IMG/VR virus record: IMGVR_UViG_3300025767_000013 | Location: 6,658-70,657 of that record | From: a virus | Direction: 5' to 3' (one strand) | DNA: 64,000 nucleotides | Part shown: positions 48,193-58,991 of the stretch, piece by piece | Numbering within the stretch: the stretch's first letter is position 1 | Layout: every line of letters starts with the position of its first letter | The notes under the pieces: generated by a model | What the model was told of the DNA's origin: nothing | What the model saw: the letters and a program-made list of their open reading frames with translations, nothing else | The model's database searches: none | Made by a program: the position numbers and the translations under genes

Positions 48193-51100
48193 ATGGAATA
48201 TAAAGGTAAGAATCCGAATGGTATAAATCAGATTAGCCAAAGTTTACTATCGATTGATGTAAATGGGGTTGAACAAGCACAGGTATCGTTAACATCAGTA
48301 GATATTAATACAAATCTATCTGTTGCTGATGGGGTATCCGCTAATACCTATACCGGTTCTGCTTTTAGCGGTTCATTTATTGGGGATGGTTCTGAGTTAA
48401 TCAATATTCCTTTCGAAGGATTAACTCCAGATGCACAATCCAAAATCGAAAGTGGAGCTGGGACTGCTCGTATTTCAAACGATAAACTTTCAATCAATGT
48501 AAATACCGATGTAACTGGTTCAATTTTAGCAACTGGGACAGTATCGGCATCTTTCTTAGCAGGAGATGGTTCTCAAATTACAAACATATCAGCAACTTCA
48601 ATTGGTGATATTGATAAGTTAAAATCAGGTTCAGCTCAAGCGGTTATCTCACCCAATAGAGGTTTAGAGGTTAATACCGGAGTTGTAATCGAAAAATATT
48701 TAGGAGTTAGTGGTTCAGCGGTAATTGGTTCAAACGCATCCGTTGGTGGTGATTTGAATGTAGCTGGTAAGATTACATCAACCGAACTCCACACAACATA
48801 CATTTCATCATCAGTAATATTCTCATCTGGTTCAAACAAATTTGGTGACCAAGCTTCTGATTCACATCAGTTCACTGGTTCGGTTTACATCAAAGATGAG
48901 TTAAGAATCCCAGCATACGCATCTGACCCTGCTGGCGGAGAAACTGGTGATATCTATTACAACACTGTAGATACAAATATATATCGTTACACCGGTACCC
49001 AATGGTTACAAGCTGCTGGTACCGCTGGTACTTCTGGTACATCGGGAACTTCTGGAACAGGTGGTTCATCTGGTACATCTGGTACGAGTGGTGTGAGTGG
49101 AACTTCTGGAACAAGCGGAACATCAGGTACTTCTGGAACTTCTGGAACAACTGGTTCAGCTGGTACTTCGGGTTCGTCTGGAACCGCTGGTACATCTGGA
49201 ACAACAGGTAGTGGTGGTACTTCTGGTTCTTCTGGAACAAGTGGAAGTGGGGGAACATCTGGTACTTCTGGAACATCTGGTACCTCTGGAACAAGTGGTG
49301 AAAGAGGAACATCAGGTACCTCAGGGACAAGTGGAACATCTGGTACTTCGGGTACAAGCGGAAGTGGTGGTACATCTGGTTCGTCTGGTGTAGGTTCATC
49401 TGGTACTTCTGGTACAAGCGGAAGTGGGGGAACTTCTGGAACTGGTGGTACTTCTGGTACCTCAGCAACTTCTGGAACCTCAGGAACATCTGGTTCATCT
49501 TCAACCGCTGGTAGTGGTGGTACATCAGGTTCATCTGGTACAACTGGTTCGTTTGGTACATCTGGTTCATCTGGGACAAGTGGTACGAGAGGAACGGCTG
49601 GTAGTGGTGGTACATCTGGTACCTCTGGAACATCGGGTACTTCTGGTAGAGATGGTGCAGTAGGTGATGGTGGTTCTTCGGGTACAACAGGTTCGGCTGG
49701 TACATCTGGAACCTCTGGAACAAGTGGTGAGAAAGGAACATCGGGTTCACCGGGTACATCTGGTAGTTCTGGAACAAGTGGAACAAGTGGTAGTGGTGGT
49801 ACTTCTGGTACAAACTCAACTGCTGGTACGGGTGGTACATCGGGCTCATCTGGTACTTCTGGTACATCGGGTACATCGGCAACATCTGGTAGTGGGGGTA
49901 CATCGGGTACATCGGCAACCGCAGGTAGTGGTGGTACCGCTGGTACCTCTGGAACAAGTGGAACAAGCGGTTCTTCTGGAACCACTGGTTCGGCTGGAAC
50001 TTCCGGTACCTCTGGAACTTCTGGAACAAGCGGAACATCGGGAACTTCTGGTGTAGATGGAATTCAAGGTTCTCAGGGTACTTCTGGTTCACCTGGAACA
50101 TCTGGTTCTTCTGGTTCTTCTGGTACTTCTGGGACAGCTGGTAGTGGTGGTTCATCTGGAACATCGGGTTCAGGTGGAACAAGCGGAAGTGGTGGTTCAT
50201 CTGGAACCACGGGGACAGCTGGTAGTGGTGGAACATCTGGTAGTGGAGGTTCTTCTGGAACATCGGGTTCATCTGGTACAAGCGGTAGTGGTGGAACATC
50301 TGGTAGTGGAGGTTCATCTGGAACATCGGGTTCAGCTGGTACAAGTGGATTACTATCCTTAACAGGTACAACTAATAATGGTGTAATTACCTTAAATGGA
50401 ACTGCACCAAACGCAACCGTTGAAAGTAACCTTCTTTTTGATGGAACAACTTTAACGGTAAATGGTAACCTAAGTGTTACTGGAACAACAACTACTGTCA
50501 ATACGGAAACTATCCTATTGGCTGATAATATTATTACTCTTAATTCAAACTTTACAACTGGTACTCCAACTGAGAATGCTGGTATTGAAGTATTAAGGGG
50601 TGGTTCAGCAACTCGTCAATTCTATTGGAACGAATCTGCGGCTAAGTGGTATTCGGATACCGATTTCGAAGCAAATGGAAGTATATATGCACAAAACGCA
50701 TATATTGATGATTACATTTATCATAATGGTGATACTAATACTTACATTCGGTTTGTAGCAGCTGATGATTTCCAAATTGTAGTTGGTGGTAGACAGGCTC
50801 TACGAATGGATGAGGGAACTGACCCGGATAGATTAAGATTTGTAACCGATTCCGATTGGACTGATTCGTCTGGTAATTGGAATATGTCTGGTAATGTAAC
50901 CATTGGTGGAACTATTGATACTGGTCAAGGTGCTACTGAGGTTTACTTAATGGACCAGAATGTTCGTACAACCGATTCTCCAACATTTGCTGGATTGACA
51001 GTTGGTGGAATTTCTGTTAGCCCATCAACTTATTTTAGATTATTAAGTGGTGGTACGGGTGCTAGTATCGATACCTATACTGATAACGGATTCAGAACTT

Positions 51101-54100
51101 TAGGATATAGTGGATATTCTTCAATCTTATGGTCAACTAATGCTGGTGGTTCTACTGGAACTGTCCAAATGGAGTTTGAATACAATACTCCATCTCGTGG
51201 ATTTAAGATTAGAAACAAAACTGATAATACCACATGGTCTTCAGTTGGTTGGGTAGTAATGACTACCTCAAATCAAGGACATATTAGTGGTACTGTTTGG
51301 CATTCGAATAATGATGGTGCTGGTTCTGGGTTGGATGCTGACCTATGGGATGGTTATCAATTCTCTAATTACTTAAACCAAGCGGTTAGAACTTCGGATT
51401 CTCCAACATTTGTTCGTTTAACTTTATCACAAGCAACTGGAACAGCTCCTTTAACTGTATCATCTACAACATTGGTATCAAACCTTAACGCTGATTTATT
51501 GGATAATCAACAAGGAACATACTACGACCATAGAAGATATACTGATTCTAGCAACTACTTAGGTGGTTATTATGTAAGTGGTGGAACTGAAAAACCAAAC
51601 AACACTGTATTTGGAGCTGGTAAGTTAAAACTTGCAATGCTTAGTGGTGGTAACTTAGGATTTGGTGGACCTTGGAATGATGTATTGTGGATGTCATCTT
51701 ATAATGGTAGTGATGTAAAACGGAGTTCGGCATTAGTATTCAATAAATATGATAATACAAGCGTTTGGATTGCAAAACAAAACTTCGATTCAGCAACTTG
51801 GGGTACTGGTTACCTTCTATGGAACTCTGGTAACGATGGAGCGGGTTCTGGATTAGATGCTGACCTTTGGGATGGTTATCAATTCTCGGATTACTTAAAT
51901 CAGGCGGTTAGAACAACTGATAATGTAACATTCAATGATGTAAATGTTAGTGGTGATATAAAAATGAATGGTTCGGATTCCTACATATGGATGCCGAATA
52001 ACAATTCATACTCAACTGGATTCTATGACCCAGTTAGTGGTTTAGTTCCGATTCAAGTAAATGGACCATCTGATGGTATTTACATTGGTAATAACGCTTG
52101 GTGGAGTTATAACACCGCTAATAACAACAACTACAATGAAAACATCAGATTATTCGCTGCTGCAAATGGTGTATCCGTAATTGCATTTAGAGCTAGTGGA
52201 ACTGGTGGACAACCATCTAACTCAATATTGGGTTACTCTGATAGATTTGAAATCAGACAGGGTTCTCAATGGCAGCAAAGAAACTACGCTAACTATGTGG
52301 AAGCATATGGTGATTTTAGAGCTCCAATATTTAGAGATTCAAATAATACTGGATATTATGTAGACCCTAACTCTACATCAAATATGTACCGAGTTCAAGT
52401 TAATGAGTACATAATTGCAGCTAATGGAAATGGTAGAATTATTTTAGGTGGTAATTTCCATATTGATTCATTCAATGGAAACGATATCTATGTAAACTAT
52501 TATAATAATGCTAGATTTAGAGTATGGAATGGTTCATCATCTGAACGATTTAGAGTAGATACTGATGGTATTGTTTACGCTTTCCAAGAATTAAGAACCC
52601 CAATCTTATATGATTATAATGATACCACTTATCGTTTCGATGGTAATGGCACATCAGTATTAAACTATTCAAAACTCAGAAACGCATACGATTGGGAAGA
52701 GAGAAGATTTACCAATCCACAAGGTGGAACATTTACAACATCAACATCTTCAATAACTGGAGCAATTAGATTATTCTTACCGGCTGATAGAAGAAGGTCT
52801 AACACTATGTTAAGAATGACCGTTAAAGTGTATGAATACAACACTGGTAATTCTCATACATTCAATGTTGGTGGATATAACTACTATACAGGTCAATGGT
52901 ACAATGTATTTGCAACTCAATTAACCGATAGTGGTAAGGGTGCATTAATTGTTAGATTTGGTGATGATGGAAGTAGACAATGGATTACAATTGGTGAGGC
53001 TGGAACTACTTGGACATACCCACAGGTACATATTACCGATGTAGAAGTTGGATATAGTGGGTTCTCATCAAATTGGGGACAAGATTGGGTAGTTAATTTT
53101 GGTGGTATACCTGGTGGAGAAAACTCATCAAGAACCGCATCATTAGTTCTTACCTCAAATAACGCATCAAGTAACACTGCGGATGTTTATGGTGGAAATG
53201 CTTACTTCTCTCGGTACTATGATAGAGATAATACTGGATACTATGTAGACCCAGCATCTACATCATTAATGTATGATGTTAGAGCATACAATAGATTGTA
53301 TATTGGTTCAAGTACAAGTAACTTAAACATAAACTATGACCAGATTTGGAGACCTGATGGTGGACAAATTCACATTGGTTATAGTGCGGCTAACAACATT
53401 CAATTAAACAATGGTGGTGGATATACTTACTCTTTAACTTCATTGAGAGCACCTATATTCTACAACTATTCAAACACTGGTTATTATGCAGATTTTGATA
53501 GTACTGGAACTTCTATTAATATAGCCGGTTCAGTAAACGCAGCAACATATAACAAACCGGGTTTATTAGTAAACGCATCTGGTACTTCATCTTCTGGTGG
53601 AGCATTGGGTATTCAGCAAGTAACATCCGAAGGTTGGACTGGTATCTTTGTAGATTTCGAACCATACACTGGATGGGGATTATGGCATGATAATCCAAAT
53701 AACTATTTCTCATTCACTGCTGAAGCTTCAACTGGACAAATTCGTTCATTCACTGTTCCATCTCGTCAAAGTGGTAATAGAACAGCGTATGAGAAATTTA
53801 GAGTTGACCAGAATAGTGGTGATGTAATCATTGGTAGAGATGGTTATGCACAGTCATCATTTAGAGCACCTATATTCTATGATACTGATACTTCATATTA
53901 TGTAGACCCTAATGGTACAACAAATATTAGATACTTAAAAGTTAATACAACTGGTACATCATCTGGAACAAGAGCATTAACTATTAAATCCGATGGACAG
54001 GGTGAAATCAACTTTGGTTCATACCCAGCATCTTGGTCTTCGGCATTACAAATTCAAAATAATAACAATACTGATTTTATTTGGATTTCCCCATTGGATG

Positions 54101-57100
54101 ATGGATACAATGCTAGATTTAGAACTGGTGGTACTGGATTGGATTTCTATACCGATGGTGGTAATAACACTGGAACTTATTCTGGATTCATAGGGTCTGG
54201 ATATGTTCAGGGTATTGATTCTATCAGAGGACCAATCTTCTACGATTCAAACGATACAACATATCGTGTTGACCCTAATGGAGATTCTCGTATATGGCAG
54301 TTGGGTATTGGATATGGTTTACCTGGAAAAAGATTAGATGTAATTGGTGACCACGGAACCTCTGCTATGAGGGTTCAATTACCTGCTTCAAACAATGGTG
54401 CGGGAACTGGTATTGTACAATTACAAATGTGGACATCTGAACCAGGTAACACTTGGGATTGGGGTGGATTTGGATATAATGTTGATAACGCATATAACGG
54501 AAACACCAACACATACTACTTTGGTAGACCAAATACCAACTTTGGACAGGCCTACATGAGATTCTCCACTGCGGGACATACATATTTCTATAACACAAAT
54601 ACTTCTGGTACTCGTTCTACGAATATGGAGATGTATTCAAGCGGATACATTTATGTGAACAATTACCTACAAGCTGGAAACTCATTAAGAGCACCAATTT
54701 TCTATGATTCGGATAATACTGGTTATTATGGAAATTTCGCAGGTACTTCTAGAATAAGTTCATTAGAAACTATTGACCGGGTTGTTATTGGTGGTACATT
54801 TGACTACAACGCATACAATCAGGTAGGTTCTACGAGATTACATTTCGGTGGTGGTAACTCAGATGCAAATGGCAACTACTACATTGGTACAAACTTAGAA
54901 AACTATGGTGGTAACTACGCCAAATTAGATTTAAGATGGCATACTGGTATCCGTATGGGTGCACAAGCTGGATATGGTGGTATCAGAATGTACAACAATG
55001 AGGATTTATCAACAATGCTATTCTCAGTTGGTAGAAGTTCTGAAGATGTTGAAGTTACTTACAACCTAAGAGTTGGTGGGGAAAAAGCAATCAACTATCG
55101 AAATATGCATGTTGGTTCATTTACCAACTTAGCAACGGCAGAAGATTGGGTAGTTAGTACTGGTTCTAACAACGCAGCATTGGGTGGTGGATTTGGACAA
55201 AATGGTGATGGTAACTCAGTAATTCAAGACTTTGACCCGTGGGGTAGACCTTCATTGGTTTGGAGAACATTAGGAAACGATACCTCATCAAACGCAGATG
55301 GTGGTTGGAACAAAGGAATATCTAACTTAGATGGTAATAAATCATATATGTATGTGGTTTATGTGAAGAGAGATTCTTCATCTACGAATGGTACTTATTA
55401 TTTTGGATGTAGTGGTGGTGAAACACTTAACATGAGTGGTTCTACAAATGGTAACCCATACTTCCATGCATTTGGTATCGGTTCACTTCCGCAAGGAGTT
55501 TGGTGTGTTGCTGTTGGATATGTATTTGCAAACAATCACCCATCTACTGGTTCAACTGGTAGAGGTGGTGTTTGGCGATTGGATACTGGTGATAAAATTT
55601 CAGGTTCTACTGATTACAAAATGCGGTACACTGGTACAAGAGGTCAAACACATAGAACTTACTTATACTACTCAACTGACCCAGCAGCTCACTTAAAATG
55701 GTGGGGGCCTGGTGTATATGAAATCAATGGTAACGAACCTAACTTAGGTGAACTTTCTGGTGGAGTTGTAGTAGAAGGTGGACAAAACATTAACGGACAA
55801 TTAACTGTTCAGGGTAATGTATTCGCTGATGTGTATTATGATAGAAATAACACATCTTACTACGGTGATTTCGCATCTACTTCATATGTAAATGATTGGA
55901 GAGCAAATATTGTTTACGATAGAGAAGATACTGGATACTACTTCGGTAGTGGAGCTGGTGATACTCGAGTTAGAACTTTATCAACAACAGGTCAGATTTT
56001 TATTGAAAATGGTGACCCAACAATTTACTTTAGAGATAATAACCATCGTTCTGCGATGATTCACGTTAACTCTAACATATTCTATGTATTAAGAGGAACA
56101 GGTAACAACTCAACTTCTTGGGGAACTTACAATGGTTATTGGCCATTGGAAATCAACCTCAATAACAACGATGCTACATTTGGTGGTAATGTAACCGCAA
56201 TCTACTCAATGTATGCAGAGACATACTATGATAGAAACGATAGTGGATATTATGTAAATCCTGCTGGATTCTCTAACTTTGGACAATCTAATGGACCTGT
56301 TATGCAGATAACCAAAACGGGTTCTGCACCAGGAAATAATATGACGATGCTTGTACGGAATCAGTATGGTAACCACTCTTGGGGTATTACCGCTGAATTT
56401 AGAGTAGAAGCTAGTGGTGGTGGAGATAGACCATCTATTTTATTCTCATCTGGATACAATAGTAGAACTTGGTCTGTTGGATATGGATATAACGATGATA
56501 ACTTCCGTATCAACACAAACCACGGACATAGAAACGGAAGTTGGGGTTCAACCAGAATGTTGATTGACACTGGTTCAACAACATATTTCTACGATACAAT
56601 CCGATTCCCATTTGCATATGACCAAAACAATACTGGTTACTATATGGATATGGATGGTACATCCCGTACAAACTATATCGTAGGTAACCGAATAAAATTA
56701 GTTAACAATGTTAACAACGAACCTCGTTGGGATTTCTCCGCATATGTAGTTGAAGCACAACATTGGTATGGTAACTACTCAACTCAAACAATGTATTTGG
56801 GTGAAAGTAATGTGGTATATATGCCGGATATCCGACCATACATTATGTATGATAGGAATGATACTGGATACTATATGGACCCTAATAGTACATCCAGAAC
56901 CGCATATACCTTATCAAATGATACTCGTATCATTAACGATTTGTATTTGGACCAACAATATGGTTCTCAGACAGTAGGTGTTTACTCATCATATAGATTG
57001 CAAGGTGTATTTGCAATGGGTAGCTCTTATATGTTACCAAAAGCTGGTACATCTACTGGTAACCTTTATGGTATGGCTTGGTCACACCCTAATGCAGGTG

Positions 57101-58869
57101 GTGTAGCAGCTAACTTGAATGACCACGGTTTATTGATTATCAATAATGGTGGATTCCGAGCAGCTATTTCATCTAGAATTGTAGCATCTTCTGATGTTAG
57201 GGGTACTTTATTCTATGATTATAATGATACTGGATACTATGTAGACCCTAACTCTCAACACGGAACAAATATCAATGGTCTTACTGATAGAAGTAGGGCT
57301 ATGACTGGTCTTTCGGGTAGATACTCATATATGAGACCTCAAATTACAGGTAATACCAGCTATTGGACTGGTAATTTTGGTTGGGGCTCATATACTTTCA
57401 ACGAAATGTTGGGATGGGGTTCTGGTTTCATTGATAGCTGGGGTTCAACTGGTGCACAAAATAGACCTGGTGATACATCTCACCACGTAGGTATCCAAAC
57501 ATTCCACTGGTCAAGCGGAAGTAACGCTTATGGGTGGCAGATGATTGGTGGTGTAAACGAAAACTTATGGTGGAGATATTCTTGGAACTCTCCATCTGGT
57601 TGGTATAAGATTGCGATGTATGGTAACAACTCATCAACAAGTTCGTTCTACGCAACTATTTACTATGATTCAAACAACACCGGATATTATTCAGACCCGA
57701 ATGGTGGTTCTCGTCTAAACGAAATTTACTTAGACCAGGGTTACAACTACGGATGGTGGAGAAACTACAACTCAACGGGTCTTTATAACCAAACTTGGGG
57801 TAGAGGTATTTGGGCAGCTGAAGCTGGTGGTAACTCATATGGTAACTACACAACTTATGATAGTGGTAGAAACGGCTGGGCTGGTTGGGGTATCGGTTCT
57901 CGTTATGTATTCATGTCAACAAATGGAGATAATGTAGGTGTACATGATAACTCCAGAGGTTGGGTATGGTACATGAGTGGTGCTGAAATGAATATGTATT
58001 ATGCTGGTAGCCGCCGGATGGTTACTGTTAGTTATGGTGTATATGTTGATAACTCTTTACGAATTGGTGGAGATGCAAGAGCACCAATCTTCTATGACCA
58101 AAACGATACAGGGTACTATTTAGACCCTAACTCAACATCGAACAATGCACTTCGTATGAGAGGTGGAGCATTATTTGGACCAAACTCATCATGGGGTAGA
58201 TATTTGTATGTTGGTGGAAATGGTAATGTATCAAGTGAGGCTTGTGTTGCAGCTACGAATGGTAACCTACACTTAGATGCACGTTCTGGATATAGTACAT
58301 ACATAAACTGGTATGTGGGTGGAACAACCTATATCAATGGTACTTTGCAGGTTAACTTTATGTATGATAGAGATAACACTGGGTACTATTGGGATGGTAA
58401 CAGCACTTCTAGAATGTATAGAACAAACTATGATTATGTTTATTCTTACAACTGGATTTACGCACAAAGTGATATTATCGCATACTACTCCGATGAAAGA
58501 TTAAAAACTAAGTTGGGTAACATTGAGAATGCATTGGATAAAATCACCAAATTAAATGGATTCTACTATGTTAATAACGATTTAGCAAAATCAGTTGGAT
58601 ATACAAATGAGAAGCAACAAGTCGGTTTATCGGCACAAGAAGTTCAAAGCATACTTCCTGAAGTTGTAACGATTGCACCATTCGATACATTGTTCGATGA
58701 GAATGAACAACCAATCGGTTCTAAATCTGGCGAAAACTACTTAACTGTAAACTACGATAAGATTGTTCCATTGTTGGTTGAGGGTATTAAAGAGCAAAAC
58801 GAATTAATTAAATCACAACAACAACAAATTGATGAGTTGAAAGAGATGATTAAATCGTTAATGAAATAA
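48193..58869 (+). CDS. long tail fibre (3558 aa) with C-terminal intramolecular chaperone (peptidase S74-like)
   Basis: YYSDERLK...I.NAL.KI..LNG...GLSAQEV...LPEVV...VNYDKIVPLLVEGIKE plus terminal coiled coil; collagen-like tract; about 16 (R.PI)FYD..(N/D)TGYY.DP spacer repeats. Confidence 0.9.
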   Translation: MEYKGKNPNGINQISQSLLSIDVNGVEQAQVSLTSVDINTNLSVADGVSANTYTGSAFSGSFIGDGSELINIPFEGLTPDAQSKIESGAGTARISNDKLSINVNTDVTGSILATGTVSASFLAGDGSQITNISATSIGDIDKLKSGSAQAVISPNRGLEVNTGVVIEKYLGVSGSAVIGSNASVGGDLNVAGKITSTELHTTYISSSVIFSSGSNKFGDQASDSHQFTGSVYIKDELRIPAYASDPAGGETGDIYYNTVDTNIYRYTGTQWLQAAGTAGTSGTSGTSGTGGSSGTSGTSGVSGTSGTSGTSGTSGTSGTTGSAGTSGSSGTAGTSGTTGSGGTSGSSGTSGSGGTSGTSGTSGTSGTSGERGTSGTSGTSGTSGTSGTSGSGGTSGSSGVGSSGTSGTSGSGGTSGTGGTSGTSATSGTSGTSGSSSTAGSGGTSGSSGTTGSFGTSGSSGTSGTRGTAGSGGTSGTSGTSGTSGRDGAVGDGGSSGTTGSAGTSGTSGTSGEKGTSGSPGTSGSSGTSGTSGSGGTSGTNSTAGTGGTSGSSGTSGTSGTSATSGSGGTSGTSATAGSGGTAGTSGTSGTSGSSGTTGSAGTSGTSGTSGTSGTSGTSGVDGIQGSQGTSGSPGTSGSSGSSGTSGTAGSGGSSGTSGSGGTSGSGGSSGTTGTAGSGGTSGSGGSSGTSGSSGTSGSGGTSGSGGSSGTSGSAGTSGLLSLTGTTNNGVITLNGTAPNATVESNLLFDGTTLTVNGNLSVTGTTTTVNTETILLADNIITLNSNFTTGTPTENAGIEVLRGGSATRQFYWNESAAKWYSDTDFEANGSIYAQNAYIDDYIYHNGDTNTYIRFVAADDFQIVVGGRQALRMDEGTDPDRLRFVTDSDWTDSSGNWNMSGNVTIGGTIDTGQGATEVYLMDQNVRTTDSPTFAGLTVGGISVSPSTYFRLLSGGTGASIDTYTDNGFRTLGYSGYSSILWSTNAGGSTGTVQMEFEYNTPSRGFKIRNKTDNTTWSSVGWVVMTTSNQGHISGTVWHSNNDGAGSGLDADLWDGYQFSNYLNQAVRTSDSPTFVRLTLSQATGTAPLTVSSTTLVSNLNADLLDNQQGTYYDHRRYTDSSNYLGGYYVSGGTEKPNNTVFGAGKLKLAMLSGGNLGFGGPWNDVLWMSSYNGSDVKRSSALVFNKYDNTSVWIAKQNFDSATWGTGYLLWNSGNDGAGSGLDADLWDGYQFSDYLNQAVRTTDNVTFNDVNVSGDIKMNGSDSYIWMPNNNSYSTGFYDPVSGLVPIQVNGPSDGIYIGNNAWWSYNTANNNNYNENIRLFAAANGVSVIAFRASGTGGQPSNSILGYSDRFEIRQGSQWQQRNYANYVEAYGDFRAPIFRDSNNTGYYVDPNSTSNMYRVQVNEYIIAANGNGRIILGGNFHIDSFNGNDIYVNYYNNARFRVWNGSSSERFRVDTDGIVYAFQELRTPILYDYNDTTYRFDGNGTSVLNYSKLRNAYDWEERRFTNPQGGTFTTSTSSITGAIRLFLPADRRRSNTMLRMTVKVYEYNTGNSHTFNVGGYNYYTGQWYNVFATQLTDSGKGALIVRFGDDGSRQWITIGEAGTTWTYPQVHITDVEVGYSGFSSNWGQDWVVNFGGIPGGENSSRTASLVLTSNNASSNTADVYGGNAYFSRYYDRDNTGYYVDPASTSLMYDVRAYNRLYIGSSTSNLNINYDQIWRPDGGQIHIGYSAANNIQLNNGGGYTYSLTSLRAPIFYNYSNTGYYADFDSTGTSINIAGSVNAATYNKPGLLVNASGTSSSGGALGIQQVTSEGWTGIFVDFEPYTGWGLWHDNPNNYFSFTAEASTGQIRSFTVPSRQSGNRTAYEKFRVDQNSGDVIIGRDGYAQSSFRAPIFYDTDTSYYVDPNGTTNIRYLKVNTTGTSSGTRALTIKSDGQGEINFGSYPASWSSALQIQNNNNTDFIWISPLDDGYNARFRTGGTGLDFYTDGGNNTGTYSGFIGSGYVQGIDSIRGPIFYDSNDTTYRVDPNGDSRIWQLGIGYGLPGKRLDVIGDHGTSAMRVQLPASNNGAGTGIVQLQMWTSEPGNTWDWGGFGYNVDNAYNGNTNTYYFGRPNTNFGQAYMRFSTAGHTYFYNTNTSGTRSTNMEMYSSGYIYVNNYLQAGNSLRAPIFYDSDNTGYYGNFAGTSRISSLETIDRVVIGGTFDYNAYNQVGSTRLHFGGGNSDANGNYYIGTNLENYGGNYAKLDLRWHTGIRMGAQAGYGGIRMYNNEDLSTMLFSVGRSSEDVEVTYNLRVGGEKAINYRNMHVGSFTNLATAEDWVVSTGSNNAALGGGFGQNGDGNSVIQDFDPWGRPSLVWRTLGNDTSSNADGGWNKGISNLDGNKSYMYVVYVKRDSSSTNGTYYFGCSGGETLNMSGSTNGNPYFHAFGIGSLPQGVWCVAVGYVFANNHPSTGSTGRGGVWRLDTGDKISGSTDYKMRYTGTRGQTHRTYLYYSTDPAAHLKWWGPGVYEINGNEPNLGELSGGVVVEGGQNINGQLTVQGNVFADVYYDRNNTSYYGDFASTSYVNDWRANIVYDREDTGYYFGSGAGDTRVRTLSTTGQIFIENGDPTIYFRDNNHRSAMIHVNSNIFYVLRGTGNNSTSWGTYNGYWPLEINLNNNDATFGGNVTAIYSMYAETYYDRNDSGYYVNPAGFSNFGQSNGPVMQITKTGSAPGNNMTMLVRNQYGNHSWGITAEFRVEASGGGDRPSILFSSGYNSRTWSVGYGYNDDNFRINTNHGHRNGSWGSTRMLIDTGSTTYFYDTIRFPFAYDQNNTGYYMDMDGTSRTNYIVGNRIKLVNNVNNEPRWDFSAYVVEAQHWYGNYSTQTMYLGESNVVYMPDIRPYIMYDRNDTGYYMDPNSTSRTAYTLSNDTRIINDLYLDQQYGSQTVGVYSSYRLQGVFAMGSSYMLPKAGTSTGNLYGMAWSHPNAGGVAANLNDHGLLIINNGGFRAAISSRIVASSDVRGTLFYDYNDTGYYVDPNSQHGTNINGLTDRSRAMTGLSGRYSYMRPQITGNTSYWTGNFGWGSYTFNEMLGWGSGFIDSWGSTGAQNRPGDTSHHVGIQTFHWSSGSNAYGWQMIGGVNENLWWRYSWNSPSGWYKIAMYGNNSSTSSFYATIYYDSNNTGYYSDPNGGSRLNEIYLDQGYNYGWWRNYNSTGLYNQTWGRGIWAAEAGGNSYGNYTTYDSGRNGWAGWGIGSRYVFMSTNGDNVGVHDNSRGWVWYMSGAEMNMYYAGSRRMVTVSYGVYVDNSLRIGGDARAPIFYDQNDTGYYLDPNSTSNNALRMRGGALFGPNSSWGRYLYVGGNGNVSSEACVAATNGNLHLDARSGYSTYINWYVGGTTYINGTLQVNFMYDRDNTGYYWDGNSTSRMYRTNYDYVYSYNWIYAQSDIIAYYSDERLKTKLGNIENALDKITKLNGFYYVNNDLAKSVGYTNEKQQVGLSAQEVQSILPEVVTIAPFDTLFDENEQPIGSKSGENYLTVNYDKIVPLLVEGIKEQNELIKSQQQQIDELKEMIKSLMK
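49018..50349 (+). repeat. collagen-like (Gly-X-Ser/Gly/Ala)n tract 3
   Basis: About 440 aa of GTS/GSS/GSG/GTA triplets. Confidence 0.9.
51310..51915 (+). repeat. internal duplication NDGAGSGLDADLWDGYQFSxYLNQAVRT (starts about 51310 and 51832)
   Basis: Two near-identical 28-aa segments with synonymous DNA divergence. Confidence 0.8.
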
Positions 58870-58934
58870 ATGTGATATTTATTTATAATACTTAAAAGAA
58901 AAAATCTAAAATTATCTTTTGGGGATTTTCTTTA

Positions 58935-58942
58935 TATTTATA
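58935..58942 (+). promoter_or_regulatory. putative late promoter element TATTTATA (second copy at 58880-58887)
   Basis: Two copies in the gap before the sheath gene. Confidence 0.65.
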
Positions 58943-58991
58943 TGTGTATTTGATATTTTAGTCAAAAAAAACTTATTGGAGAAAAAATAAT

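Noticed and set aside
48890-50501. Minus-strand 493-aa and 332-aa ORFs and overlapping + frame ORFs
   Set aside because: Same shadow effect from the collagen-like tract of the 3558-aa fibre.
56000-58869. Diversity-generating retroelement target in the fibre tip
   Set aside because: No reverse transcriptase and no template/variable repeat pair differing at adenines was found in this window.
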